Sequence record: DRR378314_1513
Reading direction: 5' to 3' (one strand)
DNA length: 64,000 nt
Shown: positions 59,889 through 64,000 of the stretch, in pieces
How the letters are laid out: every line of letters begins with the position of its first letter
Numbering within the stretch: position 1 is the stretch's first letter
Program-made: the position numbers and the translations under genes
The notes under the pieces: model-generated
The model's database searches: none
Seen by the model: only the letters and a program-made list of their open reading frames with translations
What the model was told of the DNA's origin: nothing

Positions 59889-61321
59889 GCGTTCGGCTCC
59901 AGATCTGCAGGATTGGTGATCCGCCCGGTAATTGCCGAAGCGGCAACAGTCTCAGGGGACGCAATATGAGTTCTGGTATTCGGCCCCTGGCGACTTTCAA
60001 AATTGCGATTTGTGGAACTGACCACTCTCTCTTCCGGACCAAAGCTCTCGCCACCGGCAAAGAAACACATCGAGCAGCCAGATTCGCGCCACTCGAACCC
60101 GGCATCCTTGAATATTTGATCCAGACCTTCTGCCTCCGCCTGCGCCTTTACCTGAGTTGACCCCGGCACACAGATTGCCCGTACGGAAGGAGAGATTTTG
60201 CGACCTCTCAGCAGAGCGGCTGCACGGCGCAGATCTGAAATACGGCTGTTGGTACAGGATCCGATAAAGGCTCCGTCGATCTCCAGCTCACTCAAATCGT
60301 CTGTCGACGTCAGCCCCATATATTCGCGAGCGCGGTCGTACGTCGCTCGACTGTCTCCCAGTTTGAGACTTTCGAAATCAGGCACATCACTCCCAATCGC
60401 CACGGCATGTTGAGGGCTGTTCCCCCAAGTAACCATTGGCTTGAGCGAGGACGCATCGACGACGTATTCCACGTCGAACGCCGCATCAGCATCAGTCTGC
60501 AAGGTCTGCCAATGCGCGACCGCCGCATCCCAGCCTGCCCTCTTGGGAGAAAAAGCGCGCCCCTTCAGATAGTCGAACGTCTTGCTGTCGGGCGCGATGA
60601 TTGCCGTCACTGCCGACAGCTCTGTTGCCATGTTGCAAAGGGTCATGCGAGCTTCCATGTCCAGAGCACGCACGGCCTCACCGGCAAATTCCACCACATG
60701 CCCCTTGGCACCGGCAGAGCCCAGCAACTGGACAATGTGCAGCGCCAGATCCTTCGCCGTCACATAAGCAGGAAGCGCGCCGTCTATGCGCACCCGCATT
60801 TCCTTCGGACGGTTCATCCGCAAGGTAGCCGTTGCCAGCACATGCTCTGCTTCGGTCGAACCAATGCCCCAGGCAAATGCACCAAACGCCCCTTGTGTGC
60901 AGGTATGACTGTCAGGACAGACCAGCGTAGCGCCGGGCAGCACAATGCCTTGCTCTGGTGAAACTACGTGAACGATGCCTTGGCGCTGATCATCTAGATC
61001 AAACAGAGTGATGCCAAAGCGCTTCGCCTCGGCCCGGAAAGTCTGCAGAAACTCCTTTCCGGTAGGCATGAGCGTATCGTCGTTTCGCCCCGGAAACGTG
61101 TCCACGATATGATCCATCGTCGCAAACACCATGGAAGGATCGAGCACGGTTCTGCCCTTCTCCCGCAATGTTTGAAGCGCCACCCCGCCGGTGCGCTCAT
61201 GCAGCATCAATCGATCAATCGCCAGAAGGTCTGTCGCCTCATTTAGCGAGGTTACGACATGCTCATCCCAGATCTTGCTGGCCAGAGTTCTTGGACTCGA
61301 GATTTCAGAGTTCTTGTTCAT
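59885..61321 (-). CDS. leuC: Isopropylmalate dehydratase-like large subunit (divergent)
   Basis: DSHT, IGSCTN, GCSMC, STNRNFESRQG; start uncertain (61321 or 61405). Confidence 0.9.
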   Translation of the reverse strand: MNKNSEISSPRTLASKIWDEHVVTSLNEATDLLAIDRLMLHERTGGVALQTLREKGRTVLDPSMVFATMDHIVDTFPGRNDDTLMPTGKEFLQTFRAEAKRFGITLFDLDDQRQGIVHVVSPEQGIVLPGATLVCPDSHTCTQGAFGAFAWGIGSTEAEHVLATATLRMNRPKEMRVRIDGALPAYVTAKDLALHIVQLLGSAGAKGHVVEFAGEAVRALDMEARMTLCNMATELSAVTAIIAPDSKTFDYLKGRAFSPKRAGWDAAVAHWQTLQTDADAAFDVEYVVDASSLKPMVTWGNSPQHAVAIGSDVPDFESLKLGDSRATYDRAREYMGLTSTDDLSELEIDGAFIGSCTNSRISDLRRAAALLRGRKISPSVRAICVPGSTQVKAQAEAEGLDQIFKDAGFEWRESGCSMCFFAGGESFGPEERVVSSTNRNFESRQGPNTRTHIASPETVAASAITGRITNPADLEPNA

Positions 61322-61612
61322 ATCAAACGCGAGTTCATCAATTGGTGCACCCCTGGCAGAATAAAGCTGCCCAGTATCGCCTTCCAATTCCGTAAACGCT
61401 TTCAATCCTTTCGCCTCTTAGCGGGAAACCTGATGGAGACCTGAGCCTCCTTCGAGAGCCGGACAATCAATGCGGGCGTCGCCTAAGATGCGCTGCACGC
61501 TCATGCCAGAGAGATCCAGCCTCGACGTTATGACGCGTTGCGCTCAATTGCGCGAAAGCGTCTCTCGAAACATGCATCCAGCCGTAAATCACTCTCGACT
61601 CTATACGTTTAT

Positions 61613-61632
61613 TTGTTATATTTGAATAACAA
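61613..61632. promoter_or_regulatory. Operator-like inverted repeat TTGTTAT-N6-ATAACAA
   Basis: Perfect 7-bp arms between divergent leuC-like and amidase genes. Confidence 0.7.
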
Positions 61633-62111
61633 TTGGATCAACAAGAAATACGGGAAATTGCCGCTTTGATCGGAGAGACTTGCCTTCGAAATGACCATGA
61701 GACGGTCAAGCTGGCTGCTCTCGAAAGCTCTGAGGGCTCAAAGCAGGCGCAACCTACGCAATGCGACGCTAAGGAAGTCGATAATCCCTGGTCAAGGCTG
61801 GCTGGCTTCTGGCGCCGGGTCATTTTATTACCAGCACGTTGTGCCCGTTCCGCAAGATTAAGCGGATTGTTCACTCCAAGATTATGCATGCACAAAAACA
61901 GTGCGCTTTCATCGAATCGAAATGACGATCAATCGATTGCGCCCTACAAATTTTTACCGAACGCAGTCTCAATATCGCGGCTCGCAATGCTCTTGGCCAG
62001 TAGTGCTGCTTCTCGAGCATTCATCGATTTCATTCAGTATGCGATTTCAGAACCCATCTCATTCTTTACCGCGGCGCCTGGCGCCGAACCTGACACGATT
62101 GGAGTACGTTG

Positions 62112-62792
62112 ATGTCACTTGTCGGAACCAAAATGGTCTCGGACGGCCGGACCGCCAAAGAGATATTCGAGGAAGTTATCAGCAATCCCGAGCGCGCCAA
62201 GTTCGGATTTGGTGAGAAGCTCGCAATCATCAACGTGGACATCCAGAACGCGTACACCCGGATCGACGAATTCAAGACAGCCTATGAGGCTGACCCGCGT
62301 CAAATCGAGTATGTGAACACGATTTCCAATCTTGCTCGCCAGAAAGGCATGCCGGTCATCTGGACGCACGTTGCCTTCGCCGAGGATGGTGCAGATGCAG
62401 GTATTTGGGGCACACGGACGAACACGCCCGACTCCCTTCAAAATATCAAGTATGGCAGCCGTCGACACGACTTTGATGATCGGTGTGAAATCGACAAGAA
62501 CGACATGATCTACACAAAGCGTATGCCGTCTGCCTTCTTTGAAACGCCCCTGCAAAGCCTTTTGGTTTGGCACAAGGTCGATACCGTGGTGATCACTGGC
62601 GGAAGCACATCAGGCTGTGTTCGCGCGACCGCTGTGGAAGCGCTCTCCCGTGGTTACCGGGCAATTGTTCCTCTAGAGACATGCGCGGACAAGCATGAGA
62701 GTTTCCACTACGCCAACCTGACCGATCTCGCGATCAAGTATGCTGACGTGGAACCTGTGCAAACCGTGATCGATTGGCTGGAGGCTCAGTAA
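62112..62792 (+). CDS. Isochorismatase-family cysteine amidohydrolase (maleamate amidohydrolase/N-carbamoylsarcosine amidase-like)
   Basis: Asp-Lys-Cys triad: NVDIQ, KRMPSAFF, STSGCVRAT. Confidence 0.88.
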   Translation: MSLVGTKMVSDGRTAKEIFEEVISNPERAKFGFGEKLAIINVDIQNAYTRIDEFKTAYEADPRQIEYVNTISNLARQKGMPVIWTHVAFAEDGADAGIWGTRTNTPDSLQNIKYGSRRHDFDDRCEIDKNDMIYTKRMPSAFFETPLQSLLVWHKVDTVVITGGSTSGCVRATAVEALSRGYRAIVPLETCADKHESFHYANLTDLAIKYADVEPVQTVIDWLEAQ

Positions 62793-63691
62793 TGAACGAA
62801 GGCCAGGCAGATCCGGGGCTGTATGATTACACGCCCTACAGAAACCGCCCAAAGATAGAGTGGCCGGATGGAAAGAAGGTCGCTGTCTGGGTTTCGCCAA
62901 ATCTTGAATTCTATGAATTGGATCCACCAAAGAATCCAATTCGCGCAAGCTGGAAAATGCCGCATCCTGACGTGGTGAACTATTCGCATCGCGACTATGC
63001 AAACCGTGTGGGCCACTGGCGCATGGCGGAAGTCATGGAACGGCACGGGTTCAAGGGATCGGTGTCCCTGTCCGTTGCCCTTTGCCAACATGTTCCTGAA
63101 GTTGTTAAGCATGCCAACGCTCTCGGGTGGGAGTTCTTCAGCCACGGGATATATAATACCCGCTACTCCTATGGCATGGACGAAGCGCAAGAGCGCGCCA
63201 TCATCGAGGACTCCATCCGAACGGTAAAAGAAGCCACGGGTCAGGACATCAAAGGCTGGTTGGCCCCCGCTCTCACACACACGCCACGCACGCTGGATCT
63301 GATCGCGGAGTACGGGCTGACCTACACTTGCGATCTGTACCATGATGATCAGCCCATGCCCGTATCGGTAAAATCAGGACGTCTGATTTCCATGCCATAC
63401 AGCCTTGAGGTGAACGATCACTATGGCTTCTTCATCTACAACATGAGTCCTCGGGAATACGCTGACACGTTGATCCGGCAATACGAACGCCTTGCCGCCG
63501 AAGGCGAGAATTCAGGCACCGTGATGTGCATTCCGCTTCACAGCTACCTGATTGGTCAACCGCATCGGATCGGCCCCTTTGAGGAGGTTCTGCGTCATAT
63601 CGCAGAGGACGGCCGCGCCTGGATCACTCGTAGTGGCGACATTGCTGAACACTATCTCGCAAATTATGCCGATCAGAAGGGAGCGTCCTGA
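62792..63691 (+). CDS. Polysaccharide deacetylase-fold protein (PuuE-related)
   Basis: WPDGKKVAVWV, RDYANRVG, GWLAP, PYSLEVND, IPLHSYLIGQPHR; TAATG coupling. Confidence 0.87.
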   Translation: MNEGQADPGLYDYTPYRNRPKIEWPDGKKVAVWVSPNLEFYELDPPKNPIRASWKMPHPDVVNYSHRDYANRVGHWRMAEVMERHGFKGSVSLSVALCQHVPEVVKHANALGWEFFSHGIYNTRYSYGMDEAQERAIIEDSIRTVKEATGQDIKGWLAPALTHTPRTLDLIAEYGLTYTCDLYHDDQPMPVSVKSGRLISMPYSLEVNDHYGFFIYNMSPREYADTLIRQYERLAAEGENSGTVMCIPLHSYLIGQPHRIGPFEEVLRHIAEDGRAWITRSGDIAEHYLANYADQKGAS

Positions 63692-64000
63692 TGAGTCTGC
63701 CCGCCTCCTATCTCGAATATGACAAGCGCCGCAAAGGCATGGACCATGACCTGTACCCTTGGTCCAACATGTTTGAACGCCAACCAGTATCTTGGGCGAA
63801 CAACAAGAAGGTGGCCACCTGGATTGTAATCGATCTGGAGTGGTTCCCGATCACACCAAATGACAAACCTTTCCGTGCGCCAGGCCACATGCAGACAGCA
63901 TATCCTGACTATCGTCATTATACGTCGCGTGACTATGGAAGCCGGATTGGCGTGTATCGACTGCTCGATGCACTCAAGAAGGTGAATGCGAAAGCGTCTG
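63691..64000 (+). CDS. Polysaccharide deacetylase-fold protein, partial (runs off window)
   Basis: Read directly: MSLPASYLEYDKRRKGMDHDLYPW..WANNKKVATWIV..RDYGSRIGVYRLLD; TGATG coupling; absent from ORF track. Confidence 0.85.
   Translation, partial: MSLPASYLEYDKRRKGMDHDLYPWSNMFERQPVSWANNKKVATWIVIDLEWFPITPNDKPFRAPGHMQTAYPDYRHYTSRDYGSRIGVYRLLDALKKVNAKAS

Noticed and set aside
61670-61750. Possible glycine riboswitch (GGAGAGA..AAGCTCTGAGG)
   Set aside because: Lacks the GCCGAAG core and CTCTCAGG, and I found no supporting stems
61993-62010. Possible sigma-54 promoter TTGGCC..TGCT
   Set aside because: GG-to-GC spacing is off by one base
61633-62112. 159-aa ORF in the long intergenic region
   Set aside because: TTG start abutting the operator, no RBS, no protein-like motifs

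Overview
Gene-dense alphaproteobacterial DNA, probably from Caulobacterales/Hyphomonadaceae. That assignment is inferred from the GAAC-N7-GAAC SOS box, Caulobacter-type Fur boxes and the BamA/autotransporter style. I saw no rRNA, tRNA, CRISPR array, transposase or integrase. The window is a mosaic of blocks. (1) An uncharacterised catabolic gene set lies in three patches (36-5042, 37159-38568, 48935-64000). It has three PuuE-like deacetylase-fold hydrolases, an isochorismatase-family amidase, a divergent LeuCD pair without leuB, three alpha/beta-hydrolases with His at the nucleophile elbow, FAD/SDR/NADP oxidoreductases, VOC, cupin and barrel proteins, and two MFS transporters; its right-hand patch carries a repeated TTGTTAT-N6-ATAACAA operator. 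(2) An envelope module (5054-20061) has MacAB-OMF, a very acidic autotransporter followed directly by a BamA copy outside the usual bamA locus, an OmpR-type two-component system, an EF-hand lipoprotein and an intradiol-dioxygenase-like protein, with a shared upstream motif. (3) TetR-AcrAB-OMF. (4) ald and pabBAC. (5) LexA-boxed imuA-imuB-dnaE2. (6) Fur-boxed PepSY and TonB-receptor iron genes. (7) A second RND pump. The best candidates for undescribed biology are the autotransporter/dedicated-BamA module and the putative N-heterocycle catabolic system with rewired hydrolases. Many starts were moved from the ORF track by eye, using RBS and overlap evidence. Family calls come from recognised motifs, not database searches.
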